The translations under genes were made by a program, and so were the position numbers. A DNA stretch of 64,000 nt from Nitrospirales bacterium (lineage in GTDB: Bacteria; Nitrospirota; Nitrospiria; Nitrospirales; UBA8639). The stretch spans positions 896,001-960,000 of the forward strand of contig CBDBCZ010000019.1 in assembly GCA_965203295.1 (NCBI GenBank), in the 5' to 3' direction. Shown piece after piece: positions 10,335 through 20,222 of this stretch (position 1 is the first letter of the stretch; each line of letters begins with the position of its first letter). A model generated the notes under the pieces. The model was not told where the DNA came from and did no database searches. It worked only from the letters and a program-made list of their open reading frames with translations.

Positions 10335-10847
10335 ATGAAGTGGAATTTGTATTTGAAGAGCATTCTATTAGGAGGATGTCTCGTATGGTCAATGTCTGCT
10401 TGCGCTAGTTCTTCAGACGAAGAAAAGTCTGTGATCTGTTCTGATTCACAGCCAGGTGTTCCTCTCTGCACCCCGACATCAGCCTCCTCCACAGTTCGGT
10501 TAGCCATAAACCAAGGGAACCAATATTTTATGGCTCGCCGATGGGAAGAGGCCCGTCAGCAATATGAAGCTGCCACGAAGGCTCAACCAGATTCAGCGGA
10601 AGGTCACTACAATTTAGGGTTGACACTTCAATATTTGAGAGAGCGTGAGAAAATGAAGACTCATTTCATAGAGGCGGCTAATCTCGCCCCAGGACATAAA
10701 AAGATCTGGGATTCTCCAGCTCTACGTCGGTATGGCGACGTGCCGGATAAAAAGCAAGAAGCGACCTCGGTTCCGGCCGGCGGCGGTCTGGGCAGTGTCT
10801 TTGGGGGAGGCGGAGCAATGGGGACAGGTGGAGGGAGAGACAACTAA
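10335..10847 (+). CDS. TPR-repeat lipoprotein
   Basis: Signal peptide ending MSAC; TPR-like AEGHYNLGLTL; Gly-rich tail; AAGGAGG RBS. Confidence 0.75.
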   Translation: MKWNLYLKSILLGGCLVWSMSACASSSDEEKSVICSDSQPGVPLCTPTSASSTVRLAINQGNQYFMARRWEEARQQYEAATKAQPDSAEGHYNLGLTLQYLREREKMKTHFIEAANLAPGHKKIWDSPALRRYGDVPDKKQEATSVPAGGGLGSVFGGGGAMGTGGGRDN

Positions 10848-10887
10848 TGTTGTCGCAATTGCGTCACCCGAAAATGAAAATGAAGGC

Positions 10888-11664
10888 TTAGGTTCGTTTA
10901 TATCCTTTGGCGATCATGAAGATTCCCAATAGGAACATAGGAATACTGAGAAGCTGTCCCATTGTCAGAGGGCCGACGAGATAGCCTAGGTGAAGATCCG
11001 GCTCACGAAAGAATTCGACGAATGTGCGGAACAACCCATACCCGGCGATAAAGCTCCAGAATACAGTTCCTGGCGGTGTCGATAGTCTGCCAACGATCGC
11101 AAGAATGGCAAAGAGCGCGACACCTTCCAGGCCTGCTTCGTATAGCTGAGAAGGGTGTCGGCATAACTCACCACCATGTGGAAAAATCATGCACCACTCC
11201 ACATCGGTGGCCTGCCCAAATAGTTCACCATTGATAAAATTCCCGACTCGCCCAAGTCCTAAACCGATAGGAGCTGCTTGAGCGGCCAAGTCAGCGATGG
11301 AATAGGGCAAGAATCCTCTACGGCGGCAAAAGAGCCAAAGAGCCAGGCATGTGCCTATAAGACCTCCATGGAAAGACATCCCACCTTCCCATACGGCCAG
11401 GATACTTAATGGATGCTGAACGTAGTATGAGAAGTTATAAAAGAGCGTGTACCCCAACCGGCCACCCAAAAACACACCAAGGGCGGCATAGACAATCAGG
11501 TCGTAAAGTTGCTCTCGAGATAACGAAATCTGTTTGGCCGCTGCTCTTCCCTTAATGAGGAAATACGCACCTAGCAGTCCAAGAAGATACATGAGCCCGT
11601 ACCATCGGAATTGCAGTGGGCCAATGCGAAGAAAGACGGGATCAATGTGTGGGTAAGGAATCAT
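10888..11664 (-). CDS. lgt: Prolipoprotein diacylglyceryl transferase
   Basis: RWYGLMY, GGMSFHGG, GRVGNFINGEL, HPSQLYE, EFFREPD. Confidence 0.97.
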   Translation of the reverse strand: MIPYPHIDPVFLRIGPLQFRWYGLMYLLGLLGAYFLIKGRAAAKQISLSREQLYDLIVYAALGVFLGGRLGYTLFYNFSYYVQHPLSILAVWEGGMSFHGGLIGTCLALWLFCRRRGFLPYSIADLAAQAAPIGLGLGRVGNFINGELFGQATDVEWCMIFPHGGELCRHPSQLYEAGLEGVALFAILAIVGRLSTPPGTVFWSFIAGYGLFRTFVEFFREPDLHLGYLVGPLTMGQLLSIPMFLLGIFMIAKGYKRT

Positions 11665-11958
11665 AAGAAGGCTTATGTACAGAAACCCCTCTACATGAGG
11701 CAAAATAGTTTCCCGAATACCATGAATAGTACTATTGGGTAACTATTATAATTTCCTTAAAAACAATAAAATATACTTCTTTTGTAACGCATTTTCACAT
11801 GGGTAGACAAATAGTGCACCTCTAACCATCCATGGTAAAATTTAGCAATATGATTTGTTGTTTCTCAATGGACTGAGAAGAATATTCCAGTCGCCTATAG
11901 ATTGTTCCCGCATGTTGGTTTCATCTGTTCTTGACGTGTTCGTAAAGCGGAGGGCAGT

Positions 11959-12129
11959 ATGGAATGTCCGCGATGTCGGGGAGTCATGACAAGGGATTGG
12001 TTCGCTGATATAGATGATGATACAGGAAAACGTGAGTTTCCTGGGTGGAGATGTCTGATTTGTGGTGAGATCTTAGATCCTGTGATCTCAGCCAATCGTC
12101 ACCATCATCATGAACCATTTCTGGGGTGA
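11959..12129 (+). CDS. 56-aa Zn-ribbon protein (absent from the ORF track)
   Basis: Own translation MECPRCRGVMTRDWFADIDDDTGKREFPGWRCLICGEILDPVISANRHHHHEPFLG*; GGAGG upstream. Confidence 0.8.
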   Translation: MECPRCRGVMTRDWFADIDDDTGKREFPGWRCLICGEILDPVISANRHHHHEPFLG

Positions 12130-12267
12130 TCCAAAAAAAAGTTTGCGACCCAATTAGGTTAATTTTTAGCTTCAATGCGGGTCTGAACTCTCAGGATGCC
12201 AAAATAAGTAGATGGGCCTCAAGCTGTCCCTCTAAAGATATCACACGACTTGAGAAGAAAGGAAAAG

Positions 12268-13170
12268 ATGTCTATGCCTGATAGTGAATCTGATAAAAAA
12301 GTTTCTCCTGGCCGTGAAAGCCAAGGTTACTCCCTCGTGTCCGGCGTGAAAAGTATCATTGCCGTCAGTAGTGGAAAGGGAGGAGTTGGAAAATCCACTG
12401 TTTCGGCCAATCTGGCAGTGGCGTTAACCATTCTTGGCAACAGAGTCGGTTTGTTAGATGCAGATATTTATGGACCCAATATTCCCAGAATGATGGGAGT
12501 TACGGAACCTCCTAGCAAAGAAGGAGAGAAGATTGCGCCAGCCGAAGGCCATGGAGTGAAAATCATCTCCATGGGATTTTTTGTTCCAGAAGAAACCGCA
12601 GTGGTATGGCGGGGACCAATGGTTCACACCGCGATTCAACAGTTTTTTCGGGATGTGATTTGGGGAGAGCTTGATTACTTATTGATCGATCTTCCTCCCG
12701 GGACGGGTGATGCCCAACTGACAATCTCTCAGTTGGTTCCCTTAACAGGGGCAGTGTCTGTGACAACCCCTCAAGAAGTGGCTCTTCATGATGTTCGCAA
12801 GGGACTGATGATGTTTCAAAAAGTGAACGTGCCATTGCTGGGGATCATCGAAAACATGAGTTACTATGTCTGTGGTCATTGTGGCGAACGAAGCGAAATC
12901 TTTTCTTTTGGTGGCGGAGAGAAGACCGCAGAAAGGTTCGGAATTCCTTTTTTGGGAAGGATTCCACTTGACCCAGCCATCCGGATGGGAGGAGATTCGG
13001 GCACACCCATTGTGATTGCCGATCCTAACTCACCGCAAACCAAGGCCTTTCTTGATGTGGCCTCGACTATTTGTCAGGAGGTGAAAAAGCTCAAAGGAGA
13101 AGATGAGGAGCAGAAAAGTTCTTTGAGTCAAATGTTGAAAAAAATAAAGGAGCCGATGGGGCTTAACTAA
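12268..13170 (+). CDS. mrp: Mrp/ApbC (NBP35-family) Fe-S cluster carrier ATPase
   Basis: GKGGVGKST, DADIYGPN, WRGPM, DLPPGTGD, ENMS..CGHC; no N-terminal DUF59 domain. Confidence 0.93.
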   Translation: MSMPDSESDKKVSPGRESQGYSLVSGVKSIIAVSSGKGGVGKSTVSANLAVALTILGNRVGLLDADIYGPNIPRMMGVTEPPSKEGEKIAPAEGHGVKIISMGFFVPEETAVVWRGPMVHTAIQQFFRDVIWGELDYLLIDLPPGTGDAQLTISQLVPLTGAVSVTTPQEVALHDVRKGLMMFQKVNVPLLGIIENMSYYVCGHCGERSEIFSFGGGEKTAERFGIPFLGRIPLDPAIRMGGDSGTPIVIADPNSPQTKAFLDVASTICQEVKKLKGEDEEQKSSLSQMLKKIKEPMGLN

Positions 13171-13254
13171 ACGGTTATCCCTATCCTCATTGTCTAGAGA
13201 TGCCTTTCAACGGTTTTGCAGTTAATCGTTGAGAATATTGTGTAAGGAGGAACG

Positions 13255-13563
13255 ATGGCTGAATTCACGAAAGTCGCGAGTACCACAGATATTGATCCGG
13301 AGAGTGGAATTGTCGCCGATGTCAATGACAAAAGTGTCGCGATATTCAATATGGACGGCAGCTATTATGCCATAGACAATACCTGCCTTCATCGAGGTGG
13401 TCCTCTTGGGGAGGGTGACGTAGAGGGCGAAGTGGTTACATGTCCATGGCATGGATGGGAATACAATGTCAAAACAGGGGCATGCACCAACAACCCTTCG
13501 GCGAAGGTCTCCTGCTACCCCGTAGAGGTGGAAGGCACCGATATTAAAGTGCAGCTGTCGTAG
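13255..13563 (+). CDS. Rieske [2Fe-2S] ferredoxin
   Basis: CLH...CPWH Rieske ligands, 102 aa acidic. Confidence 0.93.
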   Translation: MAEFTKVASTTDIDPESGIVADVNDKSVAIFNMDGSYYAIDNTCLHRGGPLGEGDVEGEVVTCPWHGWEYNVKTGACTNNPSAKVSCYPVEVEGTDIKVQLS

Positions 13564-13616
13564 CCTGGTCTTGTTCAACGTGATGAATCTCTCATGTTTG
13601 AGAGGTGTATGAATCG

Positions 13617-13643
13617 GGCGATCCTCTCGATCGCCATTTTTTT
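13617..13643 (+). terminator. Rho-independent terminator after Rieske gene
   Basis: GGCGATC-ctctc-GATCGCC followed by a T run. Confidence 0.7.
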
Positions 13644-13930
13644 CTCTGTAATCCCAATTTTGTTAAAGCAAGCTTCCCAACAGCGTTAGGTCACTCCAAT
13701 GAGGAAGAGGAGGCTTGCTCCTTTCTATTTCGTTCTCTCCCCCTGATGTTCAGTCAGAAGGATAGCTTCTGCCCCCAAGCGGCCATGGAAACAATTGTGA
13801 TCTCTGCCACTGATACGCGCAAACAGGGGACTTTTTTTCCAGGTCCACAGGTGGAACTTGAGGATGCTTAGTGAGTCCTGCATAATGCCTAAGAGGTCGT
13901 TTTCCGTCACGAGTTTCGTCAGATAGATCT

Positions 13931-16063
13931 ATGCAACTGAAACGTTGGCTCATCGTCGTTCCTCTCCTCCTTTCTTTTTTCCTTCTCCAATCATATTTCT
14001 GGGTGCCCACATACGAAAAACAGGCTGTCGGGAATCCTGACCGCTTGGTGACCTATATTGAAGGCTCAATCGGGGATGCCAGGATTCTTAATCCGATTCT
14101 CAATGCGGATTCCGCAAGTTCCCAAATTGTCGGTCTGGTCTTTGAGGGCTTATTAGATTTAGATGAGAACTTGAATTTGCGTGGTCGTCTCGCCACGGAT
14201 TGGACGATCTCTGAAACCGCCTACCTTGCGGTGAATCCGTACAATCGATTCCCAGATGGAGCTGCAGCCACAGGAGCTCGCGTTGCGAGAAGAGTTCAGC
14301 AAGCCATTGATCGTGGAAAATTGCCGGAACTCGATGATGTGGTGCAACACATTGAGGTCATACCACCCATCAAAGAGGAAAAAACGATCTCAGTTCCCAA
14401 AATGAGAAAAGATGGTCCTCTGACTTTCGAGAGCGTGACCGTTTACCTTCAATTTCCCGAACGTGTGAAGTTTATTCTCAAACATGTTGACCAGGATTTT
14501 TTTGAACGGATAAAGCCCATCGTTGGCGAGCGGTTTTTTATGAATTTTCCCTATGAACAGTTTGTTGAGATTCCTGAAAGTGTAGATAGCGAAGCGCGGG
14601 AGTTCCTACATTCGCAATTTTCTGAATTGCTTCCGGTGGGCGAACATAATCCTGAAATCCTCTTTCATTTGCGAAAAGGTGTGACATTTCATGATGGTCA
14701 TGAATTTGATGCAGGGGATGTGAGGTTTACCTATGAAGCCATCATGAATCCAAAAAATTTATCCCCACGGATGTCGGATTTTGAACCAATCAAGAAAGTG
14801 GAAGTGTTGGATCAATATGCGGTCAAGGTGATTTACAAGCGGTTGTTTTCTCCTGCGATCAATGCATGGACCATAGGAATTCTTCCAGAGTATCTTTTGC
14901 ATAATGAAGCCTTGAACAAAGAAATGGATGACCGAGGGCTTTCCAAGACAGCCAGAGAAACCTTTGGCATGCGGGATAGCCAATTTAATCGGAATCCTGT
15001 CGGGACAGGGCGTTTTGTGTTTTCTGAATGGTTCAGTGATGAATATATTCACGTGACGCGGAATGACCATTACTGGGAAGGGCCGCCAGAATACCAGGAT
15101 TACTACATGCGAATCATCCCAGATCTACTGACGCAAGAAGTCGAATTTCGTTCGGGAGCTGTTGATTATTATGGAACGCAACCGCACCAAGTCGCCCGAT
15201 ATAAGGAGGATGACACCTATCAGTCGTTTTCGAGTTTGGGGTTTGGCTATACCTATATTGGGTACAACAACCATCGCCCCTTATTCGCTGACCCTGAAGT
15301 TCGGAAGGCATTGGGAATGGCGATCAATATAGAGGAGTTCATCCAATATCTTTTGTATGGTGAAGGTGAGCGTGTGACGGGACCCTATCCCAAGAATACC
15401 GAGTGGTACGATCAATCCATAGAACCACTACCCTATGATCCAGAAGGAGCAAAATCTCTGCTCGCAAAATTGGGATGGAAGGAAAATGAGGATGGATTTC
15501 TGGAAAAGGATGGAAAGATTTTTGAATTCAACCTGATTACGAATCAGGGGAATGCCATTCGAAAAAATATTATCACCATTGCACAAAATGCGTGGAAAAA
15601 GATTGGGGTCAAGTGCAATACGCAGATTTTTGAATGGGCGGTTTTTTTAAAGGATTTTGTGAATACAGGGGAGTTTGATGCCGTGGTGTTAGGATGGAGC
15701 ATGGGAATTGATCCTGATCTTTTTCAATTGTGGCACTCAAGTCAGGCAGGTCCTCAACAATTAAATTTCGTGGGGTATCACAATCCAGAAGCTGATCGGT
15801 TGATTGTTCGTATTCGGCAAGAATACAACAGAGATCAACAAAGAGAAATGACGCACCAACTTCATCGGATGATTTATGAAGATCAACCCTATACCTTTTT
15901 ATATGCCCCATTGAGCACCAGGGTGTTGGATAAGAAAATTGTCTTAGTTGACAGGTACGAAGATGGGACGGAATCGTATAGGAAAATTTTTCCCATAAAG
16001 AGTGGAGACCATACGTTTTATTTTCATCAGTGGCGAAAACTGGAAATGACTCCACAATTTTGA
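13931..16063 (+). CDS. Peptide/nickel ABC substrate-binding protein (family 5) with internal insertion
   Basis: LVFEGLL, FHLRKGVTFHDG, PVGTGRF, RNDHYW, VRKALGMAIN; N-terminal hydrophobic anchor. Confidence 0.9.
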   Translation: MQLKRWLIVVPLLLSFFLLQSYFWVPTYEKQAVGNPDRLVTYIEGSIGDARILNPILNADSASSQIVGLVFEGLLDLDENLNLRGRLATDWTISETAYLAVNPYNRFPDGAAATGARVARRVQQAIDRGKLPELDDVVQHIEVIPPIKEEKTISVPKMRKDGPLTFESVTVYLQFPERVKFILKHVDQDFFERIKPIVGERFFMNFPYEQFVEIPESVDSEAREFLHSQFSELLPVGEHNPEILFHLRKGVTFHDGHEFDAGDVRFTYEAIMNPKNLSPRMSDFEPIKKVEVLDQYAVKVIYKRLFSPAINAWTIGILPEYLLHNEALNKEMDDRGLSKTARETFGMRDSQFNRNPVGTGRFVFSEWFSDEYIHVTRNDHYWEGPPEYQDYYMRIIPDLLTQEVEFRSGAVDYYGTQPHQVARYKEDDTYQSFSSLGFGYTYIGYNNHRPLFADPEVRKALGMAINIEEFIQYLLYGEGERVTGPYPKNTEWYDQSIEPLPYDPEGAKSLLAKLGWKENEDGFLEKDGKIFEFNLITNQGNAIRKNIITIAQNAWKKIGVKCNTQIFEWAVFLKDFVNTGEFDAVVLGWSMGIDPDLFQLWHSSQAGPQQLNFVGYHNPEADRLIVRIRQEYNRDQQREMTHQLHRMIYEDQPYTFLYAPLSTRVLDKKIVLVDRYEDGTESYRKIFPIKSGDHTFYFHQWRKLEMTPQF

Positions 16064-16108
16064 AATGTTGTTCTGAGTTTAGCCGTCAAATGAAATGAAG
16101 AGAGAACG

Positions 16109-17071
16109 ATGAGAGCCTTTCTGATCCGAAATATTCTTCAACGTCTGGTCTTAGTCTTTGTGGTATCGATCCTCTCTCATTCCGTGATTCATTTGGCTCC
16201 TGGAGAACCAAGTGCGGTGGATCCCTCGAACCCACGAATGAAACCAGAGGATATCGCCAAAATTCGAGCGGCGTTTCATCTGGACGATCCTCTGTATGCG
16301 CAATATGCCTATTGGGTGCGGGACTTAGTGACAGGGGAATTGAAATCCTTCAAAGATAATCAGCCAGTGCTTCCCAAAATTTGGCGCCGGTTTCTCAATT
16401 CCTTGCCGCTGTTTATTGTGGCCACGTTGCTGACGTGGACTTTTGCCTTCCCTACAGGAATCTATGCGGCAGTGCGGCGCGGGTCTGTCTACGATCGAAC
16501 TACTAACTTCTCTGCGTATGCCTTAATTTCGATTCCAGGATTTTTCTTATCCTATGTCGTGATTCTCTGGGTCGTTGGGATGTTTGGGGTTCCAGTCATC
16601 GGCATGAAAACCTTTGGCATGGAACAAGCACAAACGGTATTTCTGGTCATGGATCGCATTTGGCATTTAGTGATTCCCTCTATTATGTCCGCTATTTTTG
16701 GAGTAGCCGTCCTATCCAGGTATGTCAGATCCCAAATGTTGGAGGTGGTTGGTCATGACTACGTCCGGACCGCTCGTGCCAAAGGACTCGAAGAAGATAC
16801 CGTGATTTATTGGCATGCCCTCCGAAACGCTCTTCTGCCTTTCGTAACCATGTTTGGTTTGCTTCTTCCGGGTCTTATTGGAGGATCCGTTATTTTCGAG
16901 CAAATCTTTGCCTGGCCCGGGCTAGGGCGACTCAGTTTTGAAGCCATTATGTCTCGCGATTTTCCAGTGGTCTTGACGATCAATTTCTTCGTGGCTGTTC
17001 TGACTCTGGCTGGTACTCTCATATCCGATATTTTGTATGCGGTGGTTGATCCAAGAATTCGATATCAATGA
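16109..17071 (+). CDS. Peptide ABC permease (OppB/DppB-like)
   Basis: LAPGEP, DYVRTARAKGL, HALRNA, DPRIRY. Confidence 0.93.
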   Translation: MRAFLIRNILQRLVLVFVVSILSHSVIHLAPGEPSAVDPSNPRMKPEDIAKIRAAFHLDDPLYAQYAYWVRDLVTGELKSFKDNQPVLPKIWRRFLNSLPLFIVATLLTWTFAFPTGIYAAVRRGSVYDRTTNFSAYALISIPGFFLSYVVILWVVGMFGVPVIGMKTFGMEQAQTVFLVMDRIWHLVIPSIMSAIFGVAVLSRYVRSQMLEVVGHDYVRTARAKGLEEDTVIYWHALRNALLPFVTMFGLLLPGLIGGSVIFEQIFAWPGLGRLSFEAIMSRDFPVVLTINFFVAVLTLAGTLISDILYAVVDPRIRYQ

Positions 17072-17115
17072 TGTCGGGCATGCATAGATAAACTTTCATA
17101 TGTGAATGTTGACCT

Positions 17116-18096
17116 ATGGCACAAACTCCTTTGCAACCCACTGCGTTAGATCAACGAGATGCCCTTTTGGCCCCTGAAACACCGTGGCAGGAGTTTGTTC
17201 GAATTTACAAAAAAGATTGGTTAGCCGTTGCGGGTGTCATCGTATTGGGAATTTTGTTGTTTTCGGCGTTTGCTGGAAAGGCGCTGACGGAATGGATGGT
17301 CGTCTTTGATGCAGAGGTGGTTCGTCTTCCTGACAAATTTAAACCCCCACTGTCGCTACCTTCACAGGACGTCATCCCTCAAAAAGACCTGCCGACCTTC
17401 GGAATGTATGTGTTCGGAACCGATGAATTGGGGCGCGATGTGTTCGCACGGATGCTTCAAGGATCATTTGTGTCGTTGTCGATTGGATTCATTGCCATGG
17501 GGATATCCATAACGATTGGTGTCTTCTTAGGGGGCCTAGCGGGATACTACGGGAACGTCAAACTAGGATTTATCACAGTTGATACCCTCATTATGCGGTT
17601 TACGGATGTCATGATGTGTTTTCCCGTTTTCTTTCTGATTTTGACGGTTGTGGCCTTACTACCGCCGAGCATCATTAACATTATGGTGGTCATTGGTCTC
17701 ACGAGTTGGCCAGGAACCTGTCGGTTTGTTCGGGCTGAATTTCTTTCCCTTCGTGGCCAGGATTTTGTGGTAGCTGCCCAATCACTTGGGGTGCCCGACC
17801 GTCGGATCATTTTTCGGCATGTCGTTCCTAATGCCATTGCGCCGGTGCTGATTTCCGCAACCATCGGAGTCGCGTCAGCCATATTGACGGAGTCTGCCTT
17901 GAGTTTCTTAGGCATTGGAGTCCGGCCTCCATATGCGACCTGGGGCAATATTTTATCAGATGGAAAAGGGTTTATCTTCGATGCCCCCTGGCTATTTTTT
18001 ATCCCCGGTATTGCCATCTTCATCGTGGTATTGGCCTTTAACCTGGTTGGAGAGCGTATTCGCGAGGCCTTGAATCCGAAATTGCGGAGTCGATAG
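17116..18096 (+). CDS. Peptide ABC permease (OppC/DppC-like)
   Basis: FGTDELGRD, RHVVPN, ESALSFLGIG. Confidence 0.93.
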   Translation: MAQTPLQPTALDQRDALLAPETPWQEFVRIYKKDWLAVAGVIVLGILLFSAFAGKALTEWMVVFDAEVVRLPDKFKPPLSLPSQDVIPQKDLPTFGMYVFGTDELGRDVFARMLQGSFVSLSIGFIAMGISITIGVFLGGLAGYYGNVKLGFITVDTLIMRFTDVMMCFPVFFLILTVVALLPPSIINIMVVIGLTSWPGTCRFVRAEFLSLRGQDFVVAAQSLGVPDRRIIFRHVVPNAIAPVLISATIGVASAILTESALSFLGIGVRPPYATWGNILSDGKGFIFDAPWLFFIPGIAIFIVVLAFNLVGERIREALNPKLRSR

Positions 18097-18099
18097 AGC

Positions 18100-19092
18100 A
18101 TGCCTTTCCCTGATTCCCTTCTAGAAGTCCAACATCTGTACACCTCGTTTTTTACCGACAAAGGAGAAATTCGAGCGGTTGAAGATGTGAGTTTTTCTAT
18201 TGAAAAGGGGCAAACCTTGGCCCTTGTTGGTGAATCAGGTTGTGGAAAAACCGTCACAGCACTTTCGATTATGCGGCTTCTCGATCATCCTGGCCGCATT
18301 GTTGGAGGACATATCCTGTTTCAAGAACAAGATATCGTCGCGCTACCAGAGAAAGAGTTACGGGAATTACGTGGGAAAAAGATCGGCATGGTATTTCAAG
18401 AACCGATGTCTTCTCTCAATCCCGTGTTTACGATTGGGGATCAAATTGGGGAAGTTCTTGGTATTCACACCTCGTTTTCGGCTTCGGATATCCGAAAAAA
18501 GGTGATCCATCTTCTGGATACGGTCCGAATCCCTTCTCCTGAAAAACGGATTGATCAGTACCCCCATGAAATGTCGGGAGGGATGAAGCAACGGGTGATG
18601 ATTGCCATGGCACTAGCTTGCAAGCCTGATTTGTTGATTGCTGATGAACCCACGACCGCACTGGATGTTACGATCCAGGCCCAAATCCTCGAGTTGCTGA
18701 AAACGCTGCAAGCTGAAATGGGCATGGCGATCTTATTAATCACCCATAACTTGGGTGTGGTCGCACAGTTTGCCCACGACATTATTGTGATGTATGCCAG
18801 CAAGATCGCTGAACAAGCCAGTGTTGAGCAATTATTTAAACATCCGTCTCATCCCTACACCAAAGCCCTATTGCAATCGCTCCCCCATCCGGGAGGGCGA
18901 TTGCAGCGCCTTGATTCGATTGAAGGAACTGTTCCGTCACCCTTGCTGTATCCGAAAGGGTGTCATTTTTCGACTCGATGTCGGGAAGTGTTGAGCTGCT
19001 GTGCGGATCAACCACCACCACGTATTCAGATTGAACCAGGGCACGAAACGGTATGTTGGTTATATGATTCCAAATTTGCGACAGTGAAATAG
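18100..19092 (+). CDS. Peptide ABC ATPase (OppD-like)
   Basis: [27 protein letters not shown]-terminal Cys cluster. Confidence 0.95.
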   Translation: MPFPDSLLEVQHLYTSFFTDKGEIRAVEDVSFSIEKGQTLALVGESGCGKTVTALSIMRLLDHPGRIVGGHILFQEQDIVALPEKELRELRGKKIGMVFQEPMSSLNPVFTIGDQIGEVLGIHTSFSASDIRKKVIHLLDTVRIPSPEKRIDQYPHEMSGGMKQRVMIAMALACKPDLLIADEPTTALDVTIQAQILELLKTLQAEMGMAILLITHNLGVVAQFAHDIIVMYASKIAEQASVEQLFKHPSHPYTKALLQSLPHPGGRLQRLDSIEGTVPSPLLYPKGCHFSTRCREVLSCCADQPPPRIQIEPGHETVCWLYDSKFATVK

Positions 19093-19124
19093 AAGACAAC
19101 ATGACGGATGAGAAGTAGAGTGCT

Positions 19125-20126
19125 TTGAACGATCAATTCGAAAAGACCAACGGCAAACCTATTTTACAGGTGAATAACCTGAAGAAATATTTTGCCACGC
19201 GAGGTGGAGTTTTTTCTCGCATTTCGGGTTGGGTGAAAGCGGTTGATGATGTGTCATTCGACGTCAAGGCAGGCGAGAACTTTGGACTGGTTGGAGAGTC
19301 CGGTTGTGGGAAAACCACCGTCGGACGAACAATTCTTCGTTTGATGGAACCAACAGCAGGCGAGGCAATTTTCGAAGGGGAAAACTTATTTACGCTTGAT
19401 AAACAGACGTTACGGTCAGTTCGCCGTCGAATTCAAATTATCTTCCAAGATCCCTATAGTTCCCTCAATCCACGAATGACGGTCGGATCGATTGTGGGCG
19501 AACCTCTCAAAGTACATGGCTTAGCGAAAGGAAAGGAGTTGAATGACAAAGTGGGTCAGTTGTTGGATCGAATGGGCCTTCGACCTGAACATCAGTCCCG
19601 CTATCCTCATGAGTTTTCCGGTGGTCAGCGTCAACGGATCGGGATCGCCCGAGCCTTGGCCTTAAACCCTCAATTTATTGTCTGTGATGAAGCGGTTTCG
19701 GCTCTGGATGTCTCCATTCAGGCGCAAATCTTGAATCTGCTTCGAGATCTTCAGGAGGAATACCACTTAGCCTATCTTTTCATTTCTCATGACTTGAATG
19801 TTGTCGAATACATTGCTCAGCGCATTGCCGTGATGTATTTGGGAAAACTTGCTGAAGTTGCCCCAACGACAGAATTATTTGCCAATCCGAAACACCCTTA
19901 CACACAGGCACTTCTGTCAGCCAATCCTATCCTTGATCCGTCTATGCAACGAGAACGGATTCTTCTGTCGGGAGATGTTCCCTCACCTCTCAACCCACCG
20001 ACGGGATGTCGGTTTCACACCCGATGTCCCCAAGTCATGGATATCTGCAAAACGTCAGAGCCTTCCTTGATTCAAATTGGGAAACCAGAAGATGAGCACC
20101 GCGTGTGGTGTCATTTGTATTCTTAG
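19125..20126 (+). CDS. Peptide ABC ATPase (OppF-like)
   Basis: [34 protein letters not shown]. Confidence 0.95.
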   Translation: MNDQFEKTNGKPILQVNNLKKYFATRGGVFSRISGWVKAVDDVSFDVKAGENFGLVGESGCGKTTVGRTILRLMEPTAGEAIFEGENLFTLDKQTLRSVRRRIQIIFQDPYSSLNPRMTVGSIVGEPLKVHGLAKGKELNDKVGQLLDRMGLRPEHQSRYPHEFSGGQRQRIGIARALALNPQFIVCDEAVSALDVSIQAQILNLLRDLQEEYHLAYLFISHDLNVVEYIAQRIAVMYLGKLAEVAPTTELFANPKHPYTQALLSANPILDPSMQRERILLSGDVPSPLNPPTGCRFHTRCPQVMDICKTSEPSLIQIGKPEDEHRVWCHLYS

Positions 20127-20222
20127 GAAGTCCGTAGTCTGTAGACTCTCCCGTCGGTTGCGGCTTTGATTATGAGGTCCGTATAATCGTCAAACCTCCC
20201 GTCTGATGAGTAGGGGGCAATC

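Noticed and set aside
13605..13871. 88-aa ORF between Rieske and SBP genes
   Set aside because: Overlaps the terminator and has no recognisable features
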